A stretch of DNA of 43,692 bases from a virus, in IMG/VR virus record IMGVR_UViG_3300045996_000340, positions 1 through 43,692 of that record; one strand, written 5' to 3'. Each line of letters begins with the position of its first letter. Position 1 is the first letter of the stretch. The notes under the pieces are model-generated. The model worked only from the letters and a program-made list of their open reading frames with translations, was not told the origin of the DNA and did not search any database. The translations under genes and the position numbers were made by a program. Below are positions 20,817 through 30,519 of this stretch, piece by piece.

Positions 20817-21389
20817 TTAGGCGGCTGCGACAGCCTTGATGGCGTCGAACAGCTCGGCCACCATCGGGTTGTCCGAGTGGACGTAGCGGACGATGCCGTT
20901 GACGTTGGTGAACTTGATCGCCCCATCGCGCATGCGCTCGACGGTCAGCTCGGGCGTGCCCACGGTGTCGTTCAGGCCGACCGTGAGGACCGCGTTGGTG
21001 CCCGAGGCCATGCCAGTGACGGTCATCGAGGTGCCGGTCTTGGTGACGGTCTCGTTGCCCTGGGTGCCCTTGTAGGTCGCCGTCAGGGTGACCACACCGA
21101 CGCCGCCGTCCGTGGCCACGATCGCGAGGCCAGAGGCGTTGATCGCGGCGAGGAGGGTCAGGCTGGTCGCTTCCGCGCTGGCGCCGATGGCCACCGGGAT
21201 GTTGGGAGAGGTGGTCGCACCGTTGCTGTCCAGCTCGAACGTCAGGGCGTGCGTGCTGTCGCTGATGGTGACCGTATCGCCGTCCGTGCCGGCGCTGCCG
21301 AGGGTGATCGAGCCGGTCGCCTTGACGCCGGCAGTGGTGCGGTCGAACGAGAGGAACTCGACGACCGGGGCCGCAACTTCGATTGCCAT
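20817..21389 (-). CDS. Beta-rich Gly/Thr/Ala-rich protein (190 aa) after the large terminase; candidate tail or receptor-binding protein by position only
   Basis: ORF track. Composition (GSITLGSAGTDGDTVTISDS...TLTATYKGTQGNETVTKTGTSMTVTG) suggests a beta-structure. In SP6-type phages the tail spike gene lies after the terminase. Confidence 0.6.
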   Translation of the reverse strand: MAIEVAAPVVEFLSFDRTTAGVKATGSITLGSAGTDGDTVTISDSTHALTFELDSNGATTSPNIPVAIGASAEATSLTLLAAINASGLAIVATDGGVGVVTLTATYKGTQGNETVTKTGTSMTVTGMASGTNAVLTVGLNDTVGTPELTVERMRDGAIKFTNVNGIVRYVHSDNPMVAELFDAIKAVAAA

Positions 21390-21437
21390 AGGGGTTGTCC
21401 TTGGTGAGGCCCTCCGTCGAGGGCTACATCATGATGT

Positions 21438-23153
21438 TCAGAACCAGCCTTGCTGGGTCTGCGCGGAACCGAGGGCGTGCTCTAGGAAGCGGTCGATCTC
21501 GGCCTGGAGGTGCCGCTCCCGGCTCTCGTTGAGCCTGCGGTCTGCGTCTGCGGACATCTGCTCGACCCAGTACCAGACGGCCCAGGCGAGCGCGTCGAGG
21601 CGGTCGTCGTGGACCAGGCTGCCCTTCTCACGGGTGATCCGGGTCAGCTGGTAGAACAGCTGGTACTTGAGGGCCTTCTCGGGCGGGAGGTGCTGGGTGG
21701 AGGCGAAGTCCCGCTCGACGACGCGCCTGTCGATGATCAGGCGGTGGTTGTTCATGACGGGCTCCAGGATGTCGATGATCCTGGCTTCCTTGAATGCCCG
21801 GTTGCTGGCCTTGACCTCTTCGAGGGAGCACGGGTAGATGCGACCGAGCACCGGGGCGAACAGCTTGCCCCACATGCCATCGCCGAAGTTGCCCTCGTAG
21901 ATGACCTTCTTCACCCCGTGCTCCTTGGCCTTGCGCGCCAGGGCCTCCAGGGTCTCCATGTCGTAGCCGCCCACGAAGCCACCGGCGTCCGGGACGAAGA
22001 TCTGGCTGTTGAGCATCTTCGAGATGGCGAAGGAGGTCTCGTCCTGACCGCGGCCGGACGGGTCGATCGCCATCACGGCGCCACCGTAGGGCTGCCAGAT
22101 GACGTTGCCGGCTGGGTCGCGCAGGCCATCGAGGCCCATGGGTCGGTAGAACTTGTCCCCCTTGAGGCCGACATTCGGCAGCTCCTGCCAGGTCAGCTCG
22201 GGGGCAGCGGCCCACACCACCTTCTCGGGGGCGCGCTCGGGGTTCAGGTCCATGATGACCAGGTCGCTGAGCTTCAGCGGGTGCTTCTCCTGGTCGGATA
22301 GGCTGGTGTCCAGCATGTACTGGAGGCGGAAGCCGGAGCGCCCCTGCGAGGCCTCCTTCTCCACGATGATCAGCTCGCCGAACCGGCGGGGCTCGGTGGG
22401 CTTGCCAGCGAGGGTCGGGTCGCTCTCCAAGGCGGTGAGCACAGCGGGCGCCAGCTTGGCCCCGTAGCGGGCCTGCTCGGCCGGCGTGGGGAACTTGATG
22501 GGCCAGATGCGGGTGTTGTAGCCGCGCTCGGGCAGGACCTCGTAGAGGCTGTCCTCCAGCTGCGGCGTGCCGAGGTAGATGATGCGGTGGCCCGGCCCCG
22601 GCTTGATGATGTTGTCCAGCTCGCGGACCTTCTCGCGGATCTTCTCGCGCATGGTCTGCGTCATGCTATTGTCGGGCGTTTCGATGTCGTCAGGCACGAT
22701 GACGTCAGCTCGACCACCAGTGATGTTCGAGGTGATGCCCTTCGACCTCACCGAGGGGCTCTGCTTGACGGTGGCCCCTGCGACGTCGAAACCCTCCATG
22801 GACGCACGCATATCCCCCGTGGGGGCGAGGTGCTGGAGGATCGGCATCTCCCGGAGGAGCCGGAGCATGAAGGTGGTCTGGTCTCTCGCCTTGTCCGTCG
22901 AGGCCGAGACGATGAGGATCTGCTTGTCGCAGTCGTTCAGGAGCAGCCACAGGCAGTAGGCGCCCGTGATGTAGCTCTTACCCACCCCACGGAAGGCCTC
23001 GATGATCAGCCGGTCGGGGCCATGCTGTAGGGTTTGGGCGATGTCGAGCTGGATGGCATCGGGCGGAGGGAGCTGGAGATGGTCCCAGGTCACCCGCAGG
23101 AAGTTGTCGAAACGCTTCAGGATCTTCGCTGGGATCACAGGCGCGTTGGCCAC
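21438..23153 (-). CDS. Terminase large subunit (T7 gp19-like)
   Basis: FLRVTWDHLQLPPPDAIQLDIAQTL...LIIEAFRGVGKSYITGAYCLWLL...ILIVSAS aligns with T7 gp19 ([25 protein letters not shown]...ILQAFRGIGKSFIT...ILIVSAS). GTG 23153 preceded by AAGGGAG is preferred over ATG 23192, which would include a motif copy. Confidence 0.93.
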   Translation of the reverse strand: MANAPVIPAKILKRFDNFLRVTWDHLQLPPPDAIQLDIAQTLQHGPDRLIIEAFRGVGKSYITGAYCLWLLLNDCDKQILIVSASTDKARDQTTFMLRLLREMPILQHLAPTGDMRASMEGFDVAGATVKQSPSVRSKGITSNITGGRADVIVPDDIETPDNSMTQTMREKIREKVRELDNIIKPGPGHRIIYLGTPQLEDSLYEVLPERGYNTRIWPIKFPTPAEQARYGAKLAPAVLTALESDPTLAGKPTEPRRFGELIIVEKEASQGRSGFRLQYMLDTSLSDQEKHPLKLSDLVIMDLNPERAPEKVVWAAAPELTWQELPNVGLKGDKFYRPMGLDGLRDPAGNVIWQPYGGAVMAIDPSGRGQDETSFAISKMLNSQIFVPDAGGFVGGYDMETLEALARKAKEHGVKKVIYEGNFGDGMWGKLFAPVLGRIYPCSLEEVKASNRAFKEARIIDILEPVMNNHRLIIDRRVVERDFASTQHLPPEKALKYQLFYQLTRITREKGSLVHDDRLDALAWAVWYWVEQMSADADRRLNESRERHLQAEIDRFLEHALGSAQTQQGWF

Positions 23154-23171
23154 TGCTGGCTCCCTTGCCGA

Positions 23172-23187
23172 GGTGGATAGGTCTGGG
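23172..23187 (-). promoter_or_regulatory. Motif copy CCCAGACCTATCCACC, 18 nt upstream of the TerL GTG
   Basis: CTGACCTATCCACC family. Confidence 0.45.
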
Positions 23188-23301
23188 CGCACAGCGCCGC
23201 CACGCGGCCCCTGGGTAGGCCAGGCGACGCCGATGCGTCCGGTAGGGTGGTGCCCCGGAGAGGGAGCCCTCGCTGGTGAGGCTCCTAGAGCGATCTAGGG
23301 G

Positions 23302-23589
23302 CTATCTTCCGCCGAGGCGAACGACGTTGGTCTCTTCCTCGGGGTCGTAGTCCGGCAGGCTGTCGACCAGGCTGCCCAGGGCGGACCCCTTCGCGGGGAT
23401 GCCCTCGATGTGGTTGTCCTTGAGGAACTGGCGGATCACGTTGAGCGTCGCAGCCGAGGGAGGCAGGCGCTCGATGCGCTGGTCCTCGCCCTTGCCGACG
23501 AGCACGGGCTCGCCGTCGCGGATGCGCTTCAGCATGTCCTGCGCCAGCAGCTCATGGATCTTGTCCATGGTCTCTTCGGATGCGCGCAT
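23302..23589 (-). CDS. Terminase small subunit (T7 gp18-like)
   Basis: 95 aa (T7 gp18 is 89 aa), immediately upstream of TerL. Helical, charged N-terminal part. Confidence 0.7.
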   Translation of the reverse strand: MRASEETMDKIHELLAQDMLKRIRDGEPVLVGKGEDQRIERLPPSAATLNVIRQFLKDNHIEGIPAKGSALGSLVDSLPDYDPEEETNVVRLGGR

Positions 23590-23591
23590 GG

Positions 23592-23807
23592 TCAGTGAAC
23601 TCCGATCAGCTTGAGCAGGAACGACATGCCGGCGCCGGCCGCGGCACCCATGCCGAGCACTCTGGCTTGCCAGCGCTCCAGCCCGCCGAGACGGGCCTCG
23701 TGCTTGTCGAGCCGGCTCTCGTGCCGGGTCTGCGCGCCAAGGATGCCGTCCAGCTTCCCTTCCACCCGACCGATGGCCAGGAGGACTTCTCGATTGTGGT
23801 CGTCCAT
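23592..23807 (-). CDS. Small coiled-coil protein with a weakly hydrophobic C-terminus (71 aa), at the T7 17.5 position
   Basis: ORF track. ...ERWQARVLGMGAAAGAGMSFLLKLIGVH. Function unknown (a holin or antiholin is possible). Confidence 0.5.
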   Translation of the reverse strand: MDDHNREVLLAIGRVEGKLDGILGAQTRHESRLDKHEARLGGLERWQARVLGMGAAAGAGMSFLLKLIGVH

Positions 23808-23863
23808 TGGGGTATCTCAGGGTAGAGGTCCGCCCCCACCGTGTGGCAGAGGCGGACGTTGGG

Positions 23864-26800
23864 TTACTGGGCGAGGTTCAGGAGGGTGCGAACACCAGCA
23901 GGCGGCTTGCCCCGGAGGGTGTCGGCCGCAGACCGGCGATCCTGCTCGATGGCGGCCCGGAGTTCCCGGTCCTCCTTGATGAGCTGGTTCTTGGCAGCCT
24001 GGCGGTAGCTCTCGATGACCCGCTTGACGATCCTCAGCCGATGGCTGGTGAACTCGTCAGGCGCGTCAGGGACGGACTTCCGCTCGATGTCGTAGGACGG
24101 CTTGGTGATGGTGGCTTCGAGCCGCTCCATGAGGTTGTAGCGGCCGACCTTCACCTTGCCGTGCAGCTCCATCAGGCGGTCGTACTGCTTGGGCGACAAC
24201 TCGACGTTGCCGATGTTCCGCTCCGGCGGCGCAAACCCGTGCTTGAACCGGGCGATCTCGTTGATCACCACGCTCTTGCTCTGGTCCGAGATTGGGAACG
24301 GGCTGACCCGGTCGGGGTACATGACCAGGTCCTCGTAGGCGAGAGGCTCACCGGTGACCCACGAGCGCCTCGGAGGGAGGTCCTTCGAGAGGCCGGGGAT
24401 CTTGGCCCGGATGGCGTCGAACACCGACCGGATCTCGCGCATGTACTCGTCCCCGAACGGGGTCGCCGAGGCCACCTGCTGGAGGCCAGCCGAGAACGGC
24501 ACGAGCGATCCAGCGTGTCCCTGGACCCACTTCTCCATGAAGCGATCGGGCTGGGTCATGGCGTTCATGAACCGCGTCACGCCTTGGAGGTAGCTCTTGT
24601 TGGCCAGGTTGTGGGCGAGCGCCACAGCCATGCCGGTCGCGAGTTCGTCCAGCTCCTCTGCGCTGGTGTTCCCGCCCACCTCGACGAAGTCAGCGGCCAG
24701 ACCGAAGATCATCGCGAAGGGGTCGAGCCGGCCCATGTTGATGTACTTGTCGCCGACCCGCAGCGAGTAGGGCTGCCAGCCGGTCTCCATGAGACGCTGC
24801 CGCTCGTTGATGTCGGAAGGCCCAGCACCGGTGATCCGGCCACTGAGCGCCCACGTCGTCGCGGTCGCCCACATCATCGCGCCCAGGGCTTGGCGCCCCC
24901 TGGCGATGGCCACACGCTCGGCGTTGCCGGACGCGAGGTCTTCCATGAACTGGCGCTGGAGGCGGTTGATGCCGGGGGTACGCTGCCACACCGACCGGAG
25001 GATGTTTGTCGGCGTGCGGATGAACGGCATCACGACGCGGAGGCCGGGGTGAGCGGCTACCGCCTTCTGGAGGGTGCGGCCGAGGCCGTGCTCCAGATCG
25101 CGGGTGAAGGTGGCTTCCTCGGCCAGGCGCTTGGCCCAGGCGTCGGTGCCCTCACCGGTCTCCAGGAATGCCCTGTCGACCTGGTCCTCGATGTAGGCCG
25201 CCAGCTGCTTGCCCTTGATCCCCAGGTCGGAGCCGCGGACGTAGGCCTTGGAGTACAGCGTGGCGCGGTAGTTGATCTGCTTGAAGAACTCGTCCTCAGC
25301 CAGGAGGAACCGCGAGGGGATGCGGAGCACCTTGCCGAGGTAGTCCACCCCGGTGGCCAGGGTGCTGCCGTCCTTGAGGCCGAAGCTGCGGGCGGAGATC
25401 GCCTTGGCTGGGGCGTCGTAGACCATGTGCCGAGGGTCGAGGATGTTCTCCTCCAGCTTGAAGGCCTTGTCGGCCATCCGCCAGCTGTCGTTGAGCGCGG
25501 AGAAGATGCCGATGTAGTGGCGCCCCGCCTCACGGGCGACCGTCCAGTCCCCGTTGCGGATGCCGTGCTCGATGCCGCCGATCAGCTTCTCGGTCGGGAT
25601 CGTAGCCGTCTGCACCGCGTTCGAGGTCAGGTTGATCAGATGGGTCTTCGGGCCGGACAGGATCGAGTTGATCCAGTACTCGGTGTGGACGTCGAGGGCT
25701 CGGCCCCAACGGGTGGACCGGGCGAGACGCGCCAGGGCCTTGGGGTCGCCACCGGCAGCCAGCATCTTCCTGGCAACCTCGGCGGCCTTCTTCGTGCCAC
25801 CAACGGCGTTGAGCTGGTCGAGGATCTCAGCGGTGTCGATCTTCGCCCCACTGACGCTGTCGAACGTGCGGATGCGTCCGGCCGCGGTGGCCCGAGCTGC
25901 GCCCGTCTGGATGGCCTTCAGGTTGACCTGGAGGTCGCCCAGCTGCTGGATGCGCTGCACGAACTTGGCTGCGGTCTCGGCGTTGTTCGGGTCAACGACC
26001 ACCTGCTTGGAGAGGTCGTCGATGTCCCGAGCGAGGGACTGCATGAGCCGCTTGCCGGCCACCACACGGGAGGCGAGCTGCGGCATCCCCTCCGCCTTGC
26101 GGGCGAAGATGGCCATGGTCTCTTCGAGGCCGAGGTCCAGGCTGTCGGCGATGAACCGCGAGCCGTCCTGAGCGATCTTCTCGAAGCTCTGGACGCCCTT
26201 GGTCGCCTTCAGCACGTCCTCTTCGATCACACGGGCGGTGTGCTGGAGGGCTGCCTTCACGGCGTCCGGGCTGTCCATGTAGTCGAAGTTGAACAGCTTC
26301 GGGGCTGCATTCTCGAGAAAGGCTTCCTCGTCGACCAGGCCCGCCTTGACGGCGCCCATGGACGCGCGGACAGCCTCGTCGTCGACCAGCACCGGCTTCG
26401 GACGCTTGGCGCCGACACCGGCTGCCTTCATGTTCTGCCTTGCGGTAGCACCGGCAGCCTCCTCGACCACCTCGTCGGCACCGGCCACGACCTTCGCCGG
26501 GGCAGCGTCGAACAGGTCGAGCTGGATACCGCTCTCCTTGGCAGCCGCCTCGACCGCCTCGTCAACCTCGTCGAGGTGCTCGGCAGCGAACTTGGCAGCG
26601 GCCTCGGGGCCTTGCTCTGCGGCCACCTTACGGGAGGCCTTCATGAACCTGGCTGCCCGGAAGACAGCCTCGGCGGCGCCACCCAGGATGAGACCCTCGA
26701 CGGCGTTCTTGAAGCGGGCCTCGGCAGCGCTGTCCTCTTCGTCGGAGGCCAGATACTCGGTGATCGGGTTGGCCAGCATCTCGCTGGACTGGACCAGGTT

Positions 26801-27337
26801 GGACAGCCGGTCCTCGTAGGGGTCGAGCGCCACGGCATCGCCGAGCGCGCCGGCAGCGAACGGGCGGGCTACTGCCAGGGCCTTCCCACCGCCTTGCAGC
26901 AGGCGAGCGCCCTTGAGGAACTTGCCGGCCCCGACGAACCCAACGAGAGCCTGGGTGAGGCCGCGAGATACGCGACCCACGGTGGTCTCGCTGGTGGTCG
27001 CGCCGGGCAGCACGAGGGGGTTCTCCTCGGGGTAGTTGCCCCCGCCGAGAGTGCCCAGGGGGATGTGGGTCTCAAGCCAGGCGCCGGCTTCGTGGGTGAA
27101 GTCGACGGTCTCCTGGATGGCGTCACGAGCACCCCCAACGACGGACACCGCGATGTCCGTGAGGAAGCCGCGCTCTGAAGGTTGCTCAGGCTGGGCCGGG
27201 GTGGCGGCCGGAGCAGTGGCCTGCTGCGTCGGGGTGACAGGTGCGGTCTGGCCGATCGGCCGGAAGGTGTACCGGCGGGCCGGCCCGGAGGCCGACCCTT
27301 CGGTGGGAACGCCAGGGGTCACGGTGGTGGTCATCAC
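23864..27337 (-). CDS. Large internal virion / ejection protein (T7 gp16 position)
   Basis: 1157 aa, the largest ORF, following the gp15-like gene as in T7. No lytic transglycosylase motif was recognised by eye. Confidence 0.8.
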   Translation of the reverse strand: MMTTTVTPGVPTEGSASGPARRYTFRPIGQTAPVTPTQQATAPAATPAQPEQPSERGFLTDIAVSVVGGARDAIQETVDFTHEAGAWLETHIPLGTLGGGNYPEENPLVLPGATTSETTVGRVSRGLTQALVGFVGAGKFLKGARLLQGGGKALAVARPFAAGALGDAVALDPYEDRLSNLVQSSEMLANPITEYLASDEEDSAAEARFKNAVEGLILGGAAEAVFRAARFMKASRKVAAEQGPEAAAKFAAEHLDEVDEAVEAAAKESGIQLDLFDAAPAKVVAGADEVVEEAAGATARQNMKAAGVGAKRPKPVLVDDEAVRASMGAVKAGLVDEEAFLENAAPKLFNFDYMDSPDAVKAALQHTARVIEEDVLKATKGVQSFEKIAQDGSRFIADSLDLGLEETMAIFARKAEGMPQLASRVVAGKRLMQSLARDIDDLSKQVVVDPNNAETAAKFVQRIQQLGDLQVNLKAIQTGAARATAAGRIRTFDSVSGAKIDTAEILDQLNAVGGTKKAAEVARKMLAAGGDPKALARLARSTRWGRALDVHTEYWINSILSGPKTHLINLTSNAVQTATIPTEKLIGGIEHGIRNGDWTVAREAGRHYIGIFSALNDSWRMADKAFKLEENILDPRHMVYDAPAKAISARSFGLKDGSTLATGVDYLGKVLRIPSRFLLAEDEFFKQINYRATLYSKAYVRGSDLGIKGKQLAAYIEDQVDRAFLETGEGTDAWAKRLAEEATFTRDLEHGLGRTLQKAVAAHPGLRVVMPFIRTPTNILRSVWQRTPGINRLQRQFMEDLASGNAERVAIARGRQALGAMMWATATTWALSGRITGAGPSDINERQRLMETGWQPYSLRVGDKYINMGRLDPFAMIFGLAADFVEVGGNTSAEELDELATGMAVALAHNLANKSYLQGVTRFMNAMTQPDRFMEKWVQGHAGSLVPFSAGLQQVASATPFGDEYMREIRSVFDAIRAKIPGLSKDLPPRRSWVTGEPLAYEDLVMYPDRVSPFPISDQSKSVVINEIARFKHGFAPPERNIGNVELSPKQYDRLMELHGKVKVGRYNLMERLEATITKPSYDIERKSVPDAPDEFTSHRLRIVKRVIESYRQAAKNQLIKEDRELRAAIEQDRRSAADTLRGKPPAGVRTLLNLAQ

Positions 27338-27343
27338 GTTCCC

Positions 27344-29419
27344 TTACGGTGTGAGGTTGCTTTCCAGCTCGCTCGCCTGCTTGGCGGTCTTCTCGCGAGA
27401 GGACCGGAGGTCGATGAGCCTTGCTCGGATGCTGTTGATCTGATCGGCGATGTCCGCCGGGAGGTCCCGGAGGTCGTAGTCGAAGAAGCTGCTCTCGGGC
27501 GCCGGCTGGGTGGCTGGCTCCGGGGCAGGCTCGGGCGTAGGAGCAGGCGTGGGCTCGGGCTCCACGACGGGCTCCTCGATGACCAGCTCCAGACCGAGGA
27601 GGCTGGCCTGAGCAGCGATCAGGTCGTCGGGGCTCACCGCGAGGTGGTCGGCGAGGTTCTTCACCAGGCCGGTTCCGGTGGTCTCGAAGCGCTGTACCGA
27701 GGTCATGAAGGTATCGGCATCGGTCCACATCGGGCTGGTCTGCCAGGCCACCGATGCGGGCTCTCGCTGGAGTGCAATGGCGGGCGGGAGGTACTGCTCG
27801 ACGGGGGACGATGCGTCGACCTTGGCTTCGGTCGGGGTCTCATAGGTGGCTCCGTCCCCGATCCGCTGCTGGTTGTAGCGGGGGTTCTTGAGGAGGGAGG
27901 CCTGGAGGTCCTCGGCAGCGGCACGGATCTCGGAGCGGCGGGGCTTGCGCCCTTCCTTCTGCTCGAAGCCGTCGACCCAGTCGAGGAGGTCGGAGTTGAA
28001 GCGGTTCTTCGCCTGGACGCCCAGCTCGGCGAGCGCGGGGTCGAGGCCACCAGCGACCGGATCGCCACCGGCGATAAGCCGCTCAAGGTCGCGGGACATG
28101 CCAGAGATCTCCTCGTCGGCCATGTCCGCGGAGTACCGCTGAACCCGATCGAGGTCGTCGATTAGCGAGGAGGCGTAGTCGCTGTCGTAGGCCACGCCGA
28201 CCAGGGAAACGATGTCCCGGATGCTGGCCTGGCCCTCGTGGACCATCGCGCGCATGACCGAGGCGGTCTTGTGATCGGTGATCACGCGGGTGCGTGCCGA
28301 GATGATCGAGGACTGCGCCGCCAGCAGGGAGCTGGCCGCACCGGGGTCCACCTGGCTGAGCGCCATGAGGGCATCGTCGATGTCGGAGGTGTGGTCCTGG
28401 ATCAGGCTGCCCCAGGCGCCACGCAGCAGGCTGTCGACCTGTTCCTTCTGCCGCTGCTCCCGGAGGAACACCGCGAAGTGGGCGTCGCGCTGGTTGATCG
28501 AGGCGATGTGGTCCTCGGCCGCCTCGCGCAGCTGGCGGATCTTGGTGATCCCCGAGAGGGGGCCACTGTTGGTCCGCACGTCGTCGAGCACGTTCAGGAC
28601 CGACACGTCACGCATGGCGCGTGCCTGGACGGCTACCGCCTCGGCCGCGACCATGTTGGCGTCGGAGCCGGACATACCGTTGGCGACCGCATCGTCGACA
28701 AGGCGCTGGACCGAGTTGACCAGGTAGCCGTGCCGCAGCAAGGCCTCGTCCTGGAAGTTGCCCAGGTCGACGCCCTGCGAGGCGAGCGCCGTGGCCAGCT
28801 CGACGGGGTTGCCCTGCTCGACCGCGGAGAAGAGGCCGGTGACCTCCTGCTCCAGCGCCGATCGTGCCCTCTCCGAGGTGCGCCGGAAGCTCTCCCCGAT
28901 GTGGTACTGCATCAGGCGGTTCTGGCCAGACTGAGCAGCCGGGTCGAACACCTCCTGGACCAGCTCGGGGGCGTATCCCTCCAGGTTGGTCTTCATCCAG
29001 TCGGCGGTCTTCTGGCCGGCCCACTCGGGGATGGCATCAGCCTCGGCGTCCTGGATTGCACCGTCCTCCTGCCACTGCTGGAGAAGGAAGGTCTGGAACT
29101 CGTTGCCCTTCTGCCGCAGCTCGGACTTGAGGTAGCCGAGCTTCAGGTACGGGTTGGCGCCCTCGGGGATCAGGCCCTTGCGGACGGCCTCCTTGAGGGT
29201 GACCCGCTGCTCCTGCTGGAGCTGAGCACCAGTGGCCTCGTCCTCGGAGGCCTTGATGTCGTGCTCCTGCTTGAGGAACCGGTTGAGCGCGGGGTTGAAG
29301 TCGGCCAGGCCCGCCGCCAGGTCCTGCCAGGTGTTGCCACCGATAGTCGGCCCGAAGGTCCGGGCTCCCGGTGCCGCGTAGGTGTCGAGTACGCGGGCGG
29401 CCGAGCGAGGCTCTGCCAT
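27344..29419 (-). CDS. Internal virion protein (T7 gp15 position)
   Basis: 691 aa, helical and Gln/Ala/Glu-rich. Called on synteny. Confidence 0.75.
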   Translation of the reverse strand: MAEPRSAARVLDTYAAPGARTFGPTIGGNTWQDLAAGLADFNPALNRFLKQEHDIKASEDEATGAQLQQEQRVTLKEAVRKGLIPEGANPYLKLGYLKSELRQKGNEFQTFLLQQWQEDGAIQDAEADAIPEWAGQKTADWMKTNLEGYAPELVQEVFDPAAQSGQNRLMQYHIGESFRRTSERARSALEQEVTGLFSAVEQGNPVELATALASQGVDLGNFQDEALLRHGYLVNSVQRLVDDAVANGMSGSDANMVAAEAVAVQARAMRDVSVLNVLDDVRTNSGPLSGITKIRQLREAAEDHIASINQRDAHFAVFLREQRQKEQVDSLLRGAWGSLIQDHTSDIDDALMALSQVDPGAASSLLAAQSSIISARTRVITDHKTASVMRAMVHEGQASIRDIVSLVGVAYDSDYASSLIDDLDRVQRYSADMADEEISGMSRDLERLIAGGDPVAGGLDPALAELGVQAKNRFNSDLLDWVDGFEQKEGRKPRRSEIRAAAEDLQASLLKNPRYNQQRIGDGATYETPTEAKVDASSPVEQYLPPAIALQREPASVAWQTSPMWTDADTFMTSVQRFETTGTGLVKNLADHLAVSPDDLIAAQASLLGLELVIEEPVVEPEPTPAPTPEPAPEPATQPAPESSFFDYDLRDLPADIADQINSIRARLIDLRSSREKTAKQASELESNLTP

Positions 29420-29429
29420 GGGGTGTCTC

Positions 29430-30059
29430 CTAGTTGGTGGTCAACGTCGAGGTGTTCTGGCGGTTGACCAGCTTCGAGATCTGCTGGTCCCGGCGGTAGT
29501 CGGAGTAGGAGTTGAGGGCTCCGCCGCCGATCGTCAGGGCCGGCCCCAGGAGGGACGGGCCGCGGACAGTCGAGCCGGTGTAGGGCTGGAGCGAGGTGAT
29601 CCGGTTGGTGGCTTCCTCGTGGAAGGCCTGGAGGTTCCGGTAAGACTGCCCCTCCTCAGACTTGAGGTTGCCGAGGACGGTGTTGGTCTCGAAGCCGGCC
29701 CGGCCCATGATGTCCTGGATCACCGAGAGCAGGGAGTTGCCGCCGGCTCCGGTCTGAGCTGCGTTGCTGATGACGCGAGCCTTGGCCTGTGCTGACGCCT
29801 GGGCGATCCTGAAGGCCTCCTGGCTGGCGGCTGCCCGTACCTCGTCCATCCGCACGTTCTCAGCGACGTTCTGGAGGTTGTAGGCGGCCATGGAGCGCTT
29901 GTAGTTCTCGGCGATCTGGCGGTCGCGCTCCTTGACCTGTTGGGCCTGGTAGTCAGACTGGTCCTGCGCCGCCTGGCGCTGGCCCATGTACTGCGCGCCG
30001 GCCGACACCGCCGTGATGGCCAGGGACGCAAGAGGAAGGATCGCGGCTGGTCCGCACAT
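29430..30059 (-). CDS. Internal virion protein (T7 gp14 position) with an N-terminal hydrophobic segment
   Basis: 209 aa (T7 gp14 is 196 aa). MCGPAAILPLASLAITAVSAGAQY then a coiled-coil-like Gln/Ala-rich part. Confidence 0.65.
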   Translation of the reverse strand: MCGPAAILPLASLAITAVSAGAQYMGQRQAAQDQSDYQAQQVKERDRQIAENYKRSMAAYNLQNVAENVRMDEVRAAASQEAFRIAQASAQAKARVISNAAQTGAGGNSLLSVIQDIMGRAGFETNTVLGNLKSEEGQSYRNLQAFHEEATNRITSLQPYTGSTVRGPSLLGPALTIGGGALNSYSDYRRDQQISKLVNRQNTSTLTTN

Positions 30060-30510
30060 GGTGATGCCTCACGAATGGGATGAACTGGTGCCCGTTGATG
30101 GGCATGGGGGTGCCGAACTCGAAGCCGCACCACCGGAGCCACCTGAGGTGGACCTCGTTGCGCGCATCGACGACGTTGGTCAGGATTGGGTACTTGGCGT
30201 TCAGGGCTTCGACCCAGGTGCGGCACTCGCGGATGAACTGCCGCTTGGCCACTTCCACGAGCCCCTCGGTAGCGAGGAGCCAGACGTTTGCCGCCTGAGG
30301 GTGGTCCTCTCTGGGGACGGCGCCGAACATGCCGATCGGCTCACCTGTGGGAGCCACGATGGTGAGGCACGGGTCGGAGGAGATGAAGCCTTCGGCCAGC
30401 GCCCCGAGCGGTGAGTAGCCCAGGGCGCCGACCTCAGCTTGGTCTGCGGGGCGCATCGCTGCGGCTACTGCCGCCACGTCTGGTAGGAGGGACGGGCGGA
30501 CTGCTGCCAT
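29953..30510 (-). CDS. gp13-position virion-associated protein (185 aa); its 3' end overlaps the next gene by 107 nt
   Basis: ORF track. Called on synteny between the gp12 and gp14 homologues. The last ~35 aa (HHHVRTSRDPSSC...) look non-native. Confidence 0.55.
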   Translation of the reverse strand: MAAVRPSLLPDVAAVAAAMRPADQAEVGALGYSPLGALAEGFISSDPCLTIVAPTGEPIGMFGAVPREDHPQAANVWLLATEGLVEVAKRQFIRECRTWVEALNAKYPILTNVVDARNEVHLRWLRWCGFEFGTPMPINGHQFIPFVRHHHVRTSRDPSSCVPGHHGGVGRRAVHGPAPGGAGPV

Positions 30511-30519
30511 GGGATGCCC

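Noticed and set aside
23807-27178. A very long plus-strand ORF (1123 aa), plus similar ones at 37217..39418, 7465..8994, 28238..29467, 27182..28165, 13215..14744, 3238..4278 and 41319..42293
   Set aside because: They are antisense shadows of well-supported minus-strand genes in GC-rich DNA. Their translations are Gly/Arg/Asp/Leu/Val-rich low-complexity strings with no motifs, whereas the opposite strand carries recognisable T7-like proteins.
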